A stretch of 64,000 bases of DNA from an uncultured Verrucomicrobiae bacterium. Its GTDB lineage: Bacteria; Verrucomicrobiota; Verrucomicrobiia; Limisphaerales; JAFGQR01. A program made the translations under genes and the position numbers. This document shows positions 32,771 through 43,465 of this stretch, piece after piece. The notes beneath the pieces are model-generated. The model was not told the DNA's origin. It was given only the letters and a program-made list of their open reading frames with translations, and searched no databases. Position 1 is the stretch's first letter. Each line of letters begins with the position of its first letter. The stretch is taken from contig CAWBHS010000057.1 of the NCBI GenBank assembly GCA_963788655.1, positions 288,001 to 352,000 on the forward strand, in the 5' to 3' direction.

Positions 32771-33736
32771 CTACCGTTTTTCGTCTATTCTCTTATCTTT
32801 TCTGTTAATTCCACTTTTGGACCGATCTCGATGAGTGTAGTGGCTGGGCGAAACGCCCATGAAGGACCGGAAGGTGGCGTTGAAATGGCTCAAGCTCTCA
32901 AAACCAACCTCCAGGGCAGCCTCCGTCACGTTGTGTCCGGCCTCGCTCAGCAGCGCCGCAGCCCGATGAATGCGATAGCCCTGCAAATACTTCACCCAGG
33001 ACATGCCCAACGCATTCTGAAATAGTACCTTCAGGCGTGATTCACTCATCCCGGCAGCGCGGGCTACGTTCTTCGCGTAAATCGGTTCCGGGTAATTCTC
33101 ACGCAAATATTGCAACGTGCGTGAAACCGGCCGCCAGTCCACCTCCAAACACTCGGTGCCGATGTTCCGGCCTTCCGCCTCCTCCCAACGCAGGAGCAGG
33201 ACCATCGCCTCCAATAGCAGGCTGCGCAGTCGGATTTCCCGGCCAAAGCGCTTCTGCTTAAATTCCGTCACTGCTTCCCCAAGCAACTCGGTCAGCCGCC
33301 GCCGCAGCGGTCCCGGCGGGCGAACCAGTCTTTCCTCCAAGGATTGCTTGGCGGTGAAACGGCTCAAGATGCGTGGGCCATCACGTTGCGGCCCCATCTC
33401 GACCACCACCGACGGCAGGAAGAAGATCGTGATGAACCGGAGCGGATATTTGGTGATACGGCCCCAGTGCGGCACGCCCGGGCCGGCCAGGAACAAGTCA
33501 CCCGGCCGCCGCTCGGCTTCCTCATTTTCCACCATCGAAATGCCTACGCCGGCCAGCACAATGCCAAATTCACAGTAGGGATGACGCTCGGGATGAGGAG
33601 TCGGCGGCCCGGCCAGGATTTCACCGTGCCGGATCCAGATAGGACTCGTTTCGCTGAGCGGCTGGCGTGATTCCGTCACTTCCAGCAGCCAAGCCAGTTC
33701 CGGCAGCTTGGTACGATGCGCGGCGACATCTTTCAT
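32771..33736 (-). CDS. AraC-family regulator with cupin sensor
   Basis: HPYCEF cupin; C-terminal VTEAALEVGFESLSHFNATFR. Confidence 0.95.
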   Translation of the reverse strand: MKDVAAHRTKLPELAWLLEVTESRQPLSETSPIWIRHGEILAGPPTPHPERHPYCEFGIVLAGVGISMVENEEAERRPGDLFLAGPGVPHWGRITKYPLRFITIFFLPSVVVEMGPQRDGPRILSRFTAKQSLEERLVRPPGPLRRRLTELLGEAVTEFKQKRFGREIRLRSLLLEAMVLLLRWEEAEGRNIGTECLEVDWRPVSRTLQYLRENYPEPIYAKNVARAAGMSESRLKVLFQNALGMSWVKYLQGYRIHRAAALLSEAGHNVTEAALEVGFESLSHFNATFRSFMGVSPSHYTHRDRSKSGINRKDKRIDEKR

Positions 33737-33906
33737 AGTGGTAATACGGCCAGCAGCCTAGAATGGTTTCATTGGAAGGTCAATTGGTACGTAAGCCGGC
33801 GGCTCGGGCGCTGGATTATCAGGCTCAGTGGAATTGGGGGGACGCGGAAACGCGAATCGCTCCCCATGCGGCGGCGGCTGAAGCAGGCGGCGCAACGTCG
33901 TTCGGC

Positions 33907-34707
33907 TCACGCCGGATAATCAAACGCCACCCCGTGTTCCAGCAACCGGTAGCGTTCGCCAATGCCCTGAAGCTGGAGGTTGGTGCGCAGCATTTGCGGC
34001 GGCTGGCAGTTGTCCGGAAACAGATCGTGATGGCAGGGAATCACCACTCGCGCGTCGAGACGCCGGGCAAGCTCAGCCGCTTCGGCCGGGCTCAAATTGC
34101 GGAACGCACCATTGATGACCGTCACTAGAATATCGGGCTTGTGCGCAGCCACGGCGTCCGCCAACAGATCGTGGTAGCCGGTGTCGCCAGTGAAATAGAC
34201 CGTCGGACCATCCTTCACAAAGCACAGGTAGCCGACGTGCGTGAGATCGTCGCCTCCCAACGGAATGGCGAAGGTGGCACGCACGGTGAGGTCATCCAAC
34301 GTCACACTCTTGTTCGGCCAGACCATCGCGATTTCAGCGGCAGGGACGCCGAGCGTGTGCAGCTTCTCGACCGTCTCCGGCGGCGCCAGGTAGGGTCCCC
34401 GACCACCGTTCTCTCGATAAGCCGCCAGAGTCTCCGGATCGAGATGGTCCTGATGGCTGTGGGTCAAAATGTAGAGGTCCATGCCTGCCAGTTCTCGGGC
34501 CGGCAACGGTGGTGGAAATCGGCGGTCGAAATCAAATCCATGTTGCTCACCAATCGCTTTGCATGAGTTGGAAAGGTACGGATCCAGGACCGCCATTTTG
34601 CCGGCCGGACTTTTGAGGATGAATCCCGACTGTCCCAGCCACCACAACGTAACGGAATTGGGCCGCGTGGGGTGAGAACGGATCTGGTTCAGGGTCAAAG
34701 CACTCAT
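33907..34707 (-). CDS. MBL-fold hydrolase (UlaG-like)
   Basis: WWLGQSGF, THSHQDHLD, FTGDT, IPCHHD. Confidence 0.9.
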   Translation of the reverse strand: MSALTLNQIRSHPTRPNSVTLWWLGQSGFILKSPAGKMAVLDPYLSNSCKAIGEQHGFDFDRRFPPPLPARELAGMDLYILTHSHQDHLDPETLAAYRENGGRGPYLAPPETVEKLHTLGVPAAEIAMVWPNKSVTLDDLTVRATFAIPLGGDDLTHVGYLCFVKDGPTVYFTGDTGYHDLLADAVAAHKPDILVTVINGAFRNLSPAEAAELARRLDARVVIPCHHDLFPDNCQPPQMLRTNLQLQGIGERYRLLEHGVAFDYPA

Positions 34708-34716
34708 GAATTGGTC

Positions 34717-35499
34717 TTAAAACTCGCGCGCATAGCCGGCCGTCCAGCCGCCATCGACCGTCAGGATCGCGCCATTAAAGTAGGAACTCTCCGGGGCGGC
34801 CAGGAATAACGCGGCGTGGGCGATTTCCTCCGGCGTGCCGGGCCGGCCGAGGGGGACGTGAGCCAGCATGGCTTGGACGCGGTCGTTGAACTTGCCGTCC
34901 GAATCGTAGAACAGTTGCTTCGTGCCTTCGGTCAAGATGGAGCCGGGCGCGATACAATTAACGAGGATGCCCTGCGGCCCCAATTCCAACGCCATGGATT
35001 TCGTGAGATTCACCACCCCGGCTTTCGCCGCCACAAACGGACTTTGCAGCCGAAGCGGCACCAAACCGACAATCGATGCGATGTTGATGATGCGCCCGGA
35101 TCGCTGGTCCAGCATCGGCCGTGCAGCGGCCCGACTCACATAAAAAAGCCCGGTTAGGTCCACCCGCAGGATGCGGTCCCACTCGTCCAAGGGGAAGGCG
35201 TCGATCGTCACGCGGTGTTGCAGCGTGTTGACACCCGCATTGTTGACGAGGATGTCGAGCCGGCCCAAGCTCCGCACCGTTTCGGCAACGCCCGCTTCCA
35301 CCTCGGCGTTCTGGGTCACGTCCAACCGCAGCGCCAGCGTCCCTGGGAAACGCGCCGCGGCGGATCGGGCTGTCTCAACGTTGATGTCGGCATAGACCAC
35401 GCGCGCTCCGTTGGCGGCGAGGACATCGGCAATCGCTTGCCCGAGGCCCCGGCCGGCACCGGTCACCAATGCCACTTTGCCTTCGAGATCGACCTTCAT
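34717..35499 (-). CDS. SDR oxidoreductase
   Basis: TGAGRGLG, NNAG, FVAAK at the YxxxK position. Confidence 0.9.
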   Translation of the reverse strand: MKVDLEGKVALVTGAGRGLGQAIADVLAANGARVVYADINVETARSAAARFPGTLALRLDVTQNAEVEAGVAETVRSLGRLDILVNNAGVNTLQHRVTIDAFPLDEWDRILRVDLTGLFYVSRAAARPMLDQRSGRIINIASIVGLVPLRLQSPFVAAKAGVVNLTKSMALELGPQGILVNCIAPGSILTEGTKQLFYDSDGKFNDRVQAMLAHVPLGRPGTPEEIAHAALFLAAPESSYFNGAILTVDGGWTAGYAREF

Positions 35500-35807
35500 A
35501 AGTTTAACGCGAGGATCGAGGCGAGTTGGCACCGCCGGTGACGTCCCAACGAGGTAGCCACCTCGCCGCCGCAGCTCTACGGGTCATCCCAAGTAGCCGT
35601 GATGTATTCATATACTTGCCGCTTGTTAGCACAGAGGGCCGGGAGCACGCATCTGTTTTTTGGGCGATTCATGGTTGTTTTTCCTCGAATCGAAACCGCT
35701 CGTGGTCCTCAAAAACAGTGAAAAATAATCGAAAAAGACAAGCCTGCTTCGCTCACTGCCCTTACGCTGTTCACGATGAAACCAAACTCCAGTCCTTGGG
35801 TCACCGC

Positions 35808-37851
35808 ATGAGCAGCAGCTCGCAAGTGCTTGACGTGCGTGAGCAGACAACGGCGCCACCTCAACCCGCGCGGTCCGCTTGGCTGGCGTTCTATCGGCAG
35901 ATGCAGCTCATCCGGCTTACCGAAGAACGATTCGTGCGTTCGCACCAGCGCGGGTTGATTCACGGCGCGTGCCATACCTATATCGGCCAGGAAGCGATTG
36001 CGGCCGGCGTGGGCGCTCATCTGCGGCCGGACGATGTGGTGTTCAGCACCCATCGCGGACACGGCCACGCCCTCGCCAAAGGACTCGAACCGCACCGGCT
36101 CTTTGCGGAGCTTTACGGGCGCGAGACCGGTTGTTCGCGCGGACGCGGCGGCAGCATGCACTTGTTTGCGCCGGAGATCGGGCTGCTCGGCACCAGCGGC
36201 ATCGTGGGCCCGTGTATTCTGCAAGCCGCCGGCGCGGGTTGCAGTTTTCAAGTCCTGAAAACCGATCAGGTGGCCGTCGCGTTCTTCGGCGATGGCGCCG
36301 TGAGCAATGGCGCATTTCACGAAGGGTTGAATCTGGCGAGCCTTTGGAAGTTGCCCGTGCTCTTCGTCTGCGAAAACAACCAATACGCGACGGAAATTGC
36401 CTTTGCCGATGCCACCGCCAACCCCAGCGTGGCCAACCGCGGCGCGGCCTACGGTCTGCCGGGCGTCGAGGTGGATGGCAACGACGTGCTGGCGGTGGCA
36501 GCCGCGGCGTGCGAGGCCGTGGAACGTGCGCGCTCCGGTGGCGGGCCGACGCTACTCGAGTGCAAAACGTACCGCATCCGTGCCCACGCGGAGGGAATGG
36601 GTGATTTCACTTATCGCACGCGCGAGGAAGTCGAGCACTGGAAAACGCAGTGTCCGATCGCGAAATTAAAGCAACAGGTGCTGGAGGACAGATCCGGCTG
36701 CCGCCGACTGAACTGGAGGCCATCGACCAGGAGGTCACCGCGCTGGTGGAGGCGGCGCATCAATTCGCCGAAAGCAGCGCCTATCCGGCCGCCGAATCCG
36801 CCACCCAGCACGTTTATGCCCCCGGCCCGCCGGCGCCCCGGCGGCGCGATGTTCCGATGGTTTCGCGCGAAGCCGCGCGAGTTGACCTTCATGAAAGCGA
36901 CCCTCGAAGCGCTCACCGAGGAGATGGCGAAGAATCCGAAGATTCTGGTGTTCGGCGAAGGCATTGGCGAACGCGGTGGCAATTTCGCCACGACCACGGG
37001 ACTTTTTGCCCGGTATGGAGCCCGGCGGCTGCGCGACACGCCGATTTGCGAGCGCGGCTTCGTGGGCCTCGCCGGCGGCGCGGCGATGAGCGGCACGCGG
37101 CCCGTCGTGGACTTCATGTTCGCCGACTTCGTCCTCGATGCCGCCGGCGAAATCATCAACCAGATTGCCAAGATGCATTACATGAGCAGCGGGCGCTTGA
37201 AGATGCCCGTGCTGCTGCGCGGCTGCATCGGCATCGGCCACTCGGCGGCGACGCATCACTCCGGCAGCTACTACTCGATGTACGCGCAACTTCCCCGGCC
37301 TGCGCGTCGTCGTGCCGTCCTCACCGCGGGATGCCAAGGGTCTGCTCAAGACCGCCCTCACGTGCGACGATCCGGTGCTCTTCCTCGAACACCGCGAGTT
37401 GCTCGCCCTGAAAGGCCCCGTGCCCGAGGAGGAATATTTCATTGATTTCGGCCAGGCTGCCGTCGTGCGCGAAGGTAGCGATGTCACCGTCGTCGCCCTC
37501 GCGCTGATGGTTCACCAGACGCTGCAAGCCTGCGACGCGCTCGCGCAGGAAGGCCTTTCCGTCGAACTCATCGATCCGCGCACCGTCGCGCCGCTCGATG
37601 TGGAAACCATCCGCCAGTCCGTGGCGAAGACAGGCCGGCTGTTGATTGTGGACGAGTCGTTCGGCCACGGCGGCATCGGCGCCGAAATCGCGGCCCAATT
37701 GGCCGACCAGGGCTTCGACGATCTGGATGCGCCCATCCGCCGCCTCAACGGCGCGCCCACGCCCACCCCGTACAGCCCGCCGCTCGAAGCCGCCGTCGTG
37801 CCGAACGCAACGACCATTGCGCAGGCGCTACGCGACCTTTGTGACGAGTGA
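35808..37851 (+). CDS. Fused E1 alpha/beta of a 2-oxoacid/acetoin dehydrogenase-like complex (module 1), frameshifted
   Basis: HRGHGH, GRGGSMH, GDG..CENN ThDP motif; DTPICE and HHS beta motifs. Confidence 0.9.
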
Positions 37852-37853
37852 GA

Positions 37854-37909
37854 GGCAGGAGGCAGGAGGCAGGAATCAGGAAACAACAAACAGGAAACAG
37901 ACGACGGGA
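37854..37909 (+). repeat. Degenerate heptamer tandem repeat (GGCAGGA-like)
   Basis: GGCAGGA x3, ATCAGGA, AACAACA, AACAGGA...; inverted counterpart at 38292-38319. Confidence 0.8.
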
Positions 37910-37926
37910 GAGAGAACGATATCAAT

Positions 37927-38311
37927 ATGGCAGTGCAATCAATCAAAGAGTTGACGGTTTACAGGAAAAAGCTACGCGCTCGCGATGCGCGTGTTTGAAA
38001 CGAGCAAGCGATTTCCCAAAGAAGAAGTGTTTGCACTTACGGGTCAGATTCGTCGGTCTTCGCGTTCGGTGTGTCAGAATTTGCGCGAAGCCTGGGCGAA
38101 ACGGCGATACCCAGCGCATTTTGTCAGCAAGCTGACCGACTGCGACGGGGAGAATGGCGAAACCGAGACCTCCCTCGATTTCGCCCACGACTGTGGCTAC
38201 ATCTCGACGCATGAACACTCCGAGTTGGTGGGGCTTTGCCTTGAAGTCGGCAAAATGCTCGGCTCAATGATCCAGAAACCCAAACCGTTCCTCCTGTCTC
38301 CTGATGCCTGA
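37927..38311 (+). CDS. Four-helix-bundle (23S rRNA IVP / bAvd-like) protein, frameshift in A-run near 37968
   Basis: ELTVY, FPKEEVFALTGQIRRSSRSV, GENGET, KMLGSM. Confidence 0.9.
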
Positions 38312-38328
38312 CTACTCACCCCTTTCCC

Positions 38329-39525
38329 ATGCCCACGTCCATCACCATCATTGTTCCGCGTCTCGGCTGGTCCATGGAGGAAGCCACGTTTGCTGGTTGG
38401 CTGAAGCAACCGGGCGAGACGGTTAAAGCCGGGGATTTGCTGTTCACGTTGGAGAACGAAAAAGCTTCGCAAGAAGTCGAGTCAATCGACGCCGGGATTT
38501 TGCGCCTTCCACCCGACGCGCCGCAGGTGGGCGACGTGGTGAAGGTCGGTGCGTTGCTGGGCTATCTCGACGCGGAAGGCGAATGCGATGCACCCGATGT
38601 CAGTTCGCCTCCGTCACCACCAACGAAAGAACAAAACCCGACTCCGTCCATGGAAACGAGCACAGTCGCATCGGTTGCAGAGCGCGCCAATGTCGCAACC
38701 GGGGCCCGCACCGCTCACGCTGCCATCAGCCCGCGGGCTCGCCGGCGCGCGGCTGAATTGGGCGTGGACGGGAGCCGGTTGCGCGGCAGCGGGCGCGCCG
38801 GGCGGGTGGTGGAGGCCGATGTGCTGGCGGCTGCAAAGCAGTCAACGCCCTCCAATCTCTCCACAATGCGCCGCCTCATCGCGCAGCGCACCGCCGAGAG
38901 CTTCGCCGCCGCGCCGCATTTCTATCTGCGCACCGAGGTGGACGTCACCGCGCTGCAGCAACTGCGCGCGCGCCTCCTGCCGGACATCGAACGATCCACT
39001 GGCGTGCGCCTGACACTTACCGACTTGATTCTGCGCGCCCAGGCCCGGGCTTTGCGCGAATGCCCTTTCGCCAATGCCATCTGGGAGAACGGTCGAATCA
39101 CGCCGCTTGCCGACGGCGACGTGGGCCTGGTCATCGGCTTGCCGGAGGGCCTGATGATTCCCATCGTTCGTTCCGTTGATGCTGCTGAACTGGGGGCACT
39201 GGTGCAACAGCGAGCCGCCCTGGTCGAAACCGCACGTGCCGGCAAGCTGACCAACGAAGCCATGGAGGGCGGAGCCACCAGCCTCTCGAATCTCGGCAAC
39301 TCCTGCGTAGATGAATTTTCCGCCGTCCTCCCGCCCCCGCACAGCAGCATCCTGGCGGTCGGCCGCGCCACGACGCGCCCTTTCGTGGTGCAGGAACAAC
39401 TCGTCATGCGTCCCACCCTCAAGCTTTGCCTTTCCGTGGATCACCGCGTCATGGACGGCGGCCCGGCGGCGGAGTTTCTGGGCCGCATTGTCGCGGGACT
39501 GGAGCAACCGGAAATCCTCGCATGA
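38329..39525 (+). CDS. Dihydrolipoamide acyltransferase E2 (module 1)
   Basis: Lipoyl domain ENEKA, peripheral subunit-binding domain, DHRVMDGG. Confidence 0.92.
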   Translation: MPTSITIIVPRLGWSMEEATFAGWLKQPGETVKAGDLLFTLENEKASQEVESIDAGILRLPPDAPQVGDVVKVGALLGYLDAEGECDAPDVSSPPSPPTKEQNPTPSMETSTVASVAERANVATGARTAHAAISPRARRRAAELGVDGSRLRGSGRAGRVVEADVLAAAKQSTPSNLSTMRRLIAQRTAESFAAAPHFYLRTEVDVTALQQLRARLLPDIERSTGVRLTLTDLILRAQARALRECPFANAIWENGRITPLADGDVGLVIGLPEGLMIPIVRSVDAAELGALVQQRAALVETARAGKLTNEAMEGGATSLSNLGNSCVDEFSAVLPPPHSSILAVGRATTRPFVVQEQLVMRPTLKLCLSVDHRVMDGGPAAEFLGRIVAGLEQPEILA

Positions 39526-40991
39526 CCTCTCATTCAACTCACATTCTGCAAAACTACATCAACGGACGCTGGCTGGATTCCGCGTCGGGCCAGCGGGGTC
39601 GCTGCGTCAATCCGGCCAATCGCGAGGAAACAGTCTGCGAAGCTCAGGCTTCCGTGCCACAGGACGTTGAGCAGGCCATCGCGGCGGCGGCGCAGGCGTT
39701 TCGGGATTGGGGGCAAATGCCGGCACCTCGACGCGCGGCGTTGCTGCAGGAGTTCTGGTTTCGAATGAAGTCCCGGGAGGAGGATTTCGTGCGCACCATC
39801 ACGCGCGAGAACGGCAAGACCCTGCGGGAGTCGCGCGCGGAATTTCAGGCCGCCCTCAAAGAAGCGGAATTCCAAATCGGTCAGGGTCGCCGGATTGCAG
39901 GGAAGCATCTGCCGTCGGAAGTGCCGGGCGTTGCCTGCTACCTTAGGCGCCGGCCGCTCGGGGTGGCCACCCTTATCACTCCGTGGAACTTCCCGCTCAA
40001 CGTCGCCTGCCGCAAACTCCTCCCGGCGCTCATCGCCGGCAATTGCTGCGTCCTCAAACCGTCCGACCTAACGCCAATGTCGGCGGCGCTGCTGTTCGAG
40101 CTGCTGCACGAAATCAGCCTGCCGCCAGGCGTGGCAAATCTGGTCACCGGTCGCGGCTCCGTCATTGGCGATACGCTCGTCACACACCCGACTGTCCAGG
40201 CGGTGTCGTTTACTGGCTCGACCGAGGTTGGCGTCGGCATCGCGCAAAAACTCGCGGGCCGCGCCACCAGAGTTCAACTGGAAATGGGCGGCAAGAATCC
40301 GCTCGTCGTACTGGCGGACGCGGATTTGCCCAAAGCCGTCGAAGCCGCCGTCGTGGGGGCGTATAGTTGCAGCGGGCAATGGTGTACTTCGACCAGTCGT
40401 GTCATCGTCGAGCAAGCGGTTTACGCGCCGTTCCTCGAACAGCTCGTGGCGTCCGTGAACACCCTGACCGTCGGCGATGGCTTCGACGAGACGAGTCGCA
40501 TGGGGCCGGTGTGCGGGACACAGCAGTTCGAGAATATTCTGCGTTACCTGGAACTGGGCAAATGCGAAGGGGCCCGCTTATGCGCCGGGGGCAAAGCATT
40601 GACCGAGGGCAAATTGGCGCAGGGCTGCTTCATTGCGCCGACGGTGTTTGCGGACGTTGCGCCCGGCATGCGCATCGCCCAGGAAGAAATCTTTGGCCCG
40701 GTGCTGGTGGTGATGCCGACGAAGGATTTCGACGAGGCCCTGCAACTGGCGAACGCGACGCAGTTCGGATTGGCGTCGTCGATCTACACGAACGACCTGG
40801 CCAAGGCCCAGCGTTTCGTGGCGGAAAGCGGAGTGGGGCTTTGCCATGTGAACCTCTCGACGGCGTGGAAGGAACCGCAACTGGAGTTTGGCGGCATCAA
40901 GGAATCCGGCCGGGGCCTGCCGGAAGCTGGCGAAAGCGGGCTTGAGTTCTTCACCACTCACCAAGCCGTGTATGTGAAGGAGCAGGCGTGA
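39522..40991 (+). CDS. Aldehyde dehydrogenase
   Basis: TPWNFP, FTGST, LEMGGKNP, GQWCT, EEIFGPV. Confidence 0.95.
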   Translation: MTSHSTHILQNYINGRWLDSASGQRGRCVNPANREETVCEAQASVPQDVEQAIAAAAQAFRDWGQMPAPRRAALLQEFWFRMKSREEDFVRTITRENGKTLRESRAEFQAALKEAEFQIGQGRRIAGKHLPSEVPGVACYLRRRPLGVATLITPWNFPLNVACRKLLPALIAGNCCVLKPSDLTPMSAALLFELLHEISLPPGVANLVTGRGSVIGDTLVTHPTVQAVSFTGSTEVGVGIAQKLAGRATRVQLEMGGKNPLVVLADADLPKAVEAAVVGAYSCSGQWCTSTSRVIVEQAVYAPFLEQLVASVNTLTVGDGFDETSRMGPVCGTQQFENILRYLELGKCEGARLCAGGKALTEGKLAQGCFIAPTVFADVAPGMRIAQEEIFGPVLVVMPTKDFDEALQLANATQFGLASSIYTNDLAKAQRFVAESGVGLCHVNLSTAWKEPQLEFGGIKESGRGLPEAGESGLEFFTTHQAVYVKEQA

Positions 40992-42715
40992 AGTTCGGCC
41001 AACTCGAGTTCAGTCCCGCCGTGAATCCCGGTGTGCTCGACACGGGCACTTGGAGTCCGGTCTCGGCGTGGGAAGCCATTCGGGCCGCGAACTACGAATG
41101 GCTGGCCGCGAAACAGGCGGCAACGGAACACCAACCGCTTCCGTCCAGCGAGCGACTTAAAGCGCATGATCCCTCCGTCGCCTGCCAGCCGGAGGCTGTC
41201 TTCTTTTTCGCCAGTCTCCCGGATGGACAGGACGTGATCCTCCGTATTGGCCGGAAGGAAGAGTCATCCCTGCTTGATCCACCCATCGGGCAAAGTCCGC
41301 TGCCGTCGGGTGATTGGCTCACCGCGTTCCCTACGGACGCCGCCGTGCTCGACCGGTTCTGCCGAAAGCTGAAGCCGGAGAAGGGACCGCGCGCCCTGGG
41401 TGCCACCCCGCGGCTCGGCATCGGCACGCGCATGACCACGGCGGTGTGGCCGGCGATATTCGACACGATGCAGCAACGCGGCCTGGCCGCGAACGCTCTG
41501 CAGAACTCCGTTCGCGAATTGAACCTGCTGGACGATGTGCTGGCCGGCCGGCCGCCCGAGACAAATTACTCGACCGGCATCGGCACCGTGGAATGCGGTT
41601 GGACCGGCAGCACTTACGAAGGGCTTTGGGCCGCCGGCGTGCTCGCGGCGCTGAAGCACAACGGTGCGCTCCGCTACGGCGCGGATGCCGACCACCTGCA
41701 AGTGAAACGCGGTCCCGAGGGCGTCGCCCACGCGAAGCGGCTGATCCGGGCCGCCCGCTATTATTCGTTCTACACTCTCGACATGGCGGATATCCTCAAC
41801 TACGCCGCACTGAACGAGTCGTCCGCGTCAACGGCGGAAGCGTTTCTCGAATCAGCCATCCCGGACGCAACCGAACGGCGCGGTGTCATCGAACACCACA
41901 CCAAGCCGTTCCAGGTCGGCAGCCTCACCTGCCATCTTGATCCTCCGGCAGTCGGCCGTTTCGTCGGCAAGTACTGGGACACCCTCGCGGTATTGGGTGA
42001 ACTGGCGACTTACATTGCATCGTTGAAGGAAGAACCACACTTCGACCTGGAACTTACCGTGGACGAGCACCCACCCGAAGTTGCCGCGTTTGACTGTCTC
42101 ACCACGAATGAAGAGGTCTTGTTTCTCGCTCGCGAAATTCAACGGCGACAACTTCCGATCACTCATCTTGCGCCGAATTTCGGGCAGGAAAAAGGTTGCG
42201 ATTACCGGTGTCCGGACGGGCTGGAAGGGCTGGCGCAGCGGGTTGAAGCCCAGTTCCACATTGCGGAGGAGTTCGGTCTGATGCTGGACGTGCACTCGGG
42301 CGACGACCTGAGCGCCGCGACCCGCCGCGTCTTCGGCCGGGCCACGGGCGGTAAGTTACACTTCAAAGTGTCGCCGATGCTCCAGCTTATTTTCGCGGAA
42401 GTGCTGCAAGAATTTCATCCCGAGTTGTTTCGCCGCTGGTGGGAGGATGCGCTGACCTACGCCCAACGGGAAGCGGCCAATGGTTCAACAATCGCCAGTG
42501 ACTGTCTCGCGCAGCTCCAAGTCAGCGCCGAACCCCTGCCCTCTCCAAAGCACGCGGTCTTTCACTATTTTGGCTTTCCGTTTGTCGGCCGGCGCGATGC
42601 GCAGGGTCAGTTTCTCCACCGCCACGAGTTCTACACGCTCTCGCCGGCGTTCTATCGCGCGCACCGCGAGCGCATCGCGGCGTACCTCGGCGAATTGGCG
42701 GATGACTTGTTTTGA
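40988..42715 (+). CDS. Tagaturonate epimerase (UxaE)-family protein
   Basis: QNSVREL, YGADADHL, VHSGDD, LHFKVS. Confidence 0.75.
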   Translation: MKFGQLEFSPAVNPGVLDTGTWSPVSAWEAIRAANYEWLAAKQAATEHQPLPSSERLKAHDPSVACQPEAVFFFASLPDGQDVILRIGRKEESSLLDPPIGQSPLPSGDWLTAFPTDAAVLDRFCRKLKPEKGPRALGATPRLGIGTRMTTAVWPAIFDTMQQRGLAANALQNSVRELNLLDDVLAGRPPETNYSTGIGTVECGWTGSTYEGLWAAGVLAALKHNGALRYGADADHLQVKRGPEGVAHAKRLIRAARYYSFYTLDMADILNYAALNESSASTAEAFLESAIPDATERRGVIEHHTKPFQVGSLTCHLDPPAVGRFVGKYWDTLAVLGELATYIASLKEEPHFDLELTVDEHPPEVAAFDCLTTNEEVLFLAREIQRRQLPITHLAPNFGQEKGCDYRCPDGLEGLAQRVEAQFHIAEEFGLMLDVHSGDDLSAATRRVFGRATGGKLHFKVSPMLQLIFAEVLQEFHPELFRRWWEDALTYAQREAANGSTIASDCLAQLQVSAEPLPSPKHAVFHYFGFPFVGRRDAQGQFLHRHEFYTLSPAFYRAHRERIAAYLGELADDLF

Positions 42716-42727
42716 ACCACCAAGACC

Positions 42728-43400
42728 ATGCAACTCTTCATTGACAGTTCCAATCCCCAGGAAATCCTCACGGCTCGGTCGTGGGGCATCATCGACGGCG
42801 TAACTACCAACCCCTCGCTCATGGCGAAGGGCGGGCCGGACATGCAAGCTACGCTCCGCCAGGTGCTGGAAGCGTCGCCCGGCCCGGTCTTCTGCCAGGC
42901 CATCGGCTGGAAGGAGGTGGCGCCGCTCACGGCGCAGGCGCGTTGGCTCCACCGCTTTTCCGACCGCATCATCGTCAAACTTCCCATCAGCATCGCCGGG
43001 CTTCAGGCGGTCCGGGATTTGAAGCAGGAACTGCCGAGTCTTCGTCTGGCCGTCACGGCCGTCAGCAGCGTCGCGCAAGCCTACCTGGTGGCCAAGGCGG
43101 GCGCGGACATTGTGGCACTGTTCAACGGTCCGCTGGATTTGGAACAGGACGAACCGGTTCAAATCGTCGCGCCCGTGCGGGCGATTTACGACCGCTACGG
43201 CTTCAAAACGCAAATCCTGTCGGCCGGCCGCTTTGCCCGCGCCTTCGGCGAATACGCCGCGGCCGGCACGGATTATTGCACGCTGCGGATGGAGTTCCTG
43301 AAGTTGCTGTACGAACACGCCTTCACCGACAAACGGATGAACGGTTTCCTGCACGACTGGCAAACGGTCTTCGGGAACATGACCTGGCCGGAAGCCGAAG
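42728..43400 (+). CDS. Transaldolase / fructose-6-phosphate aldolase family; reads through into the next SDR
   Basis: LFIDS, GVTTNPSL, IIVKLP. Confidence 0.88.
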
Positions 43401-43465
43401 ACAAAACACGGGGCAGGAGGCAGGAAGCAGCAGACCGAAAGCGGATTCCTAACTCTGTCTCAGCC

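Noticed and set aside
37927..38311. Diversity-generating retroelement (Avd-like gene)
   Set aside because: No reverse transcriptase or adenine-specific TR/VR pair in the window.
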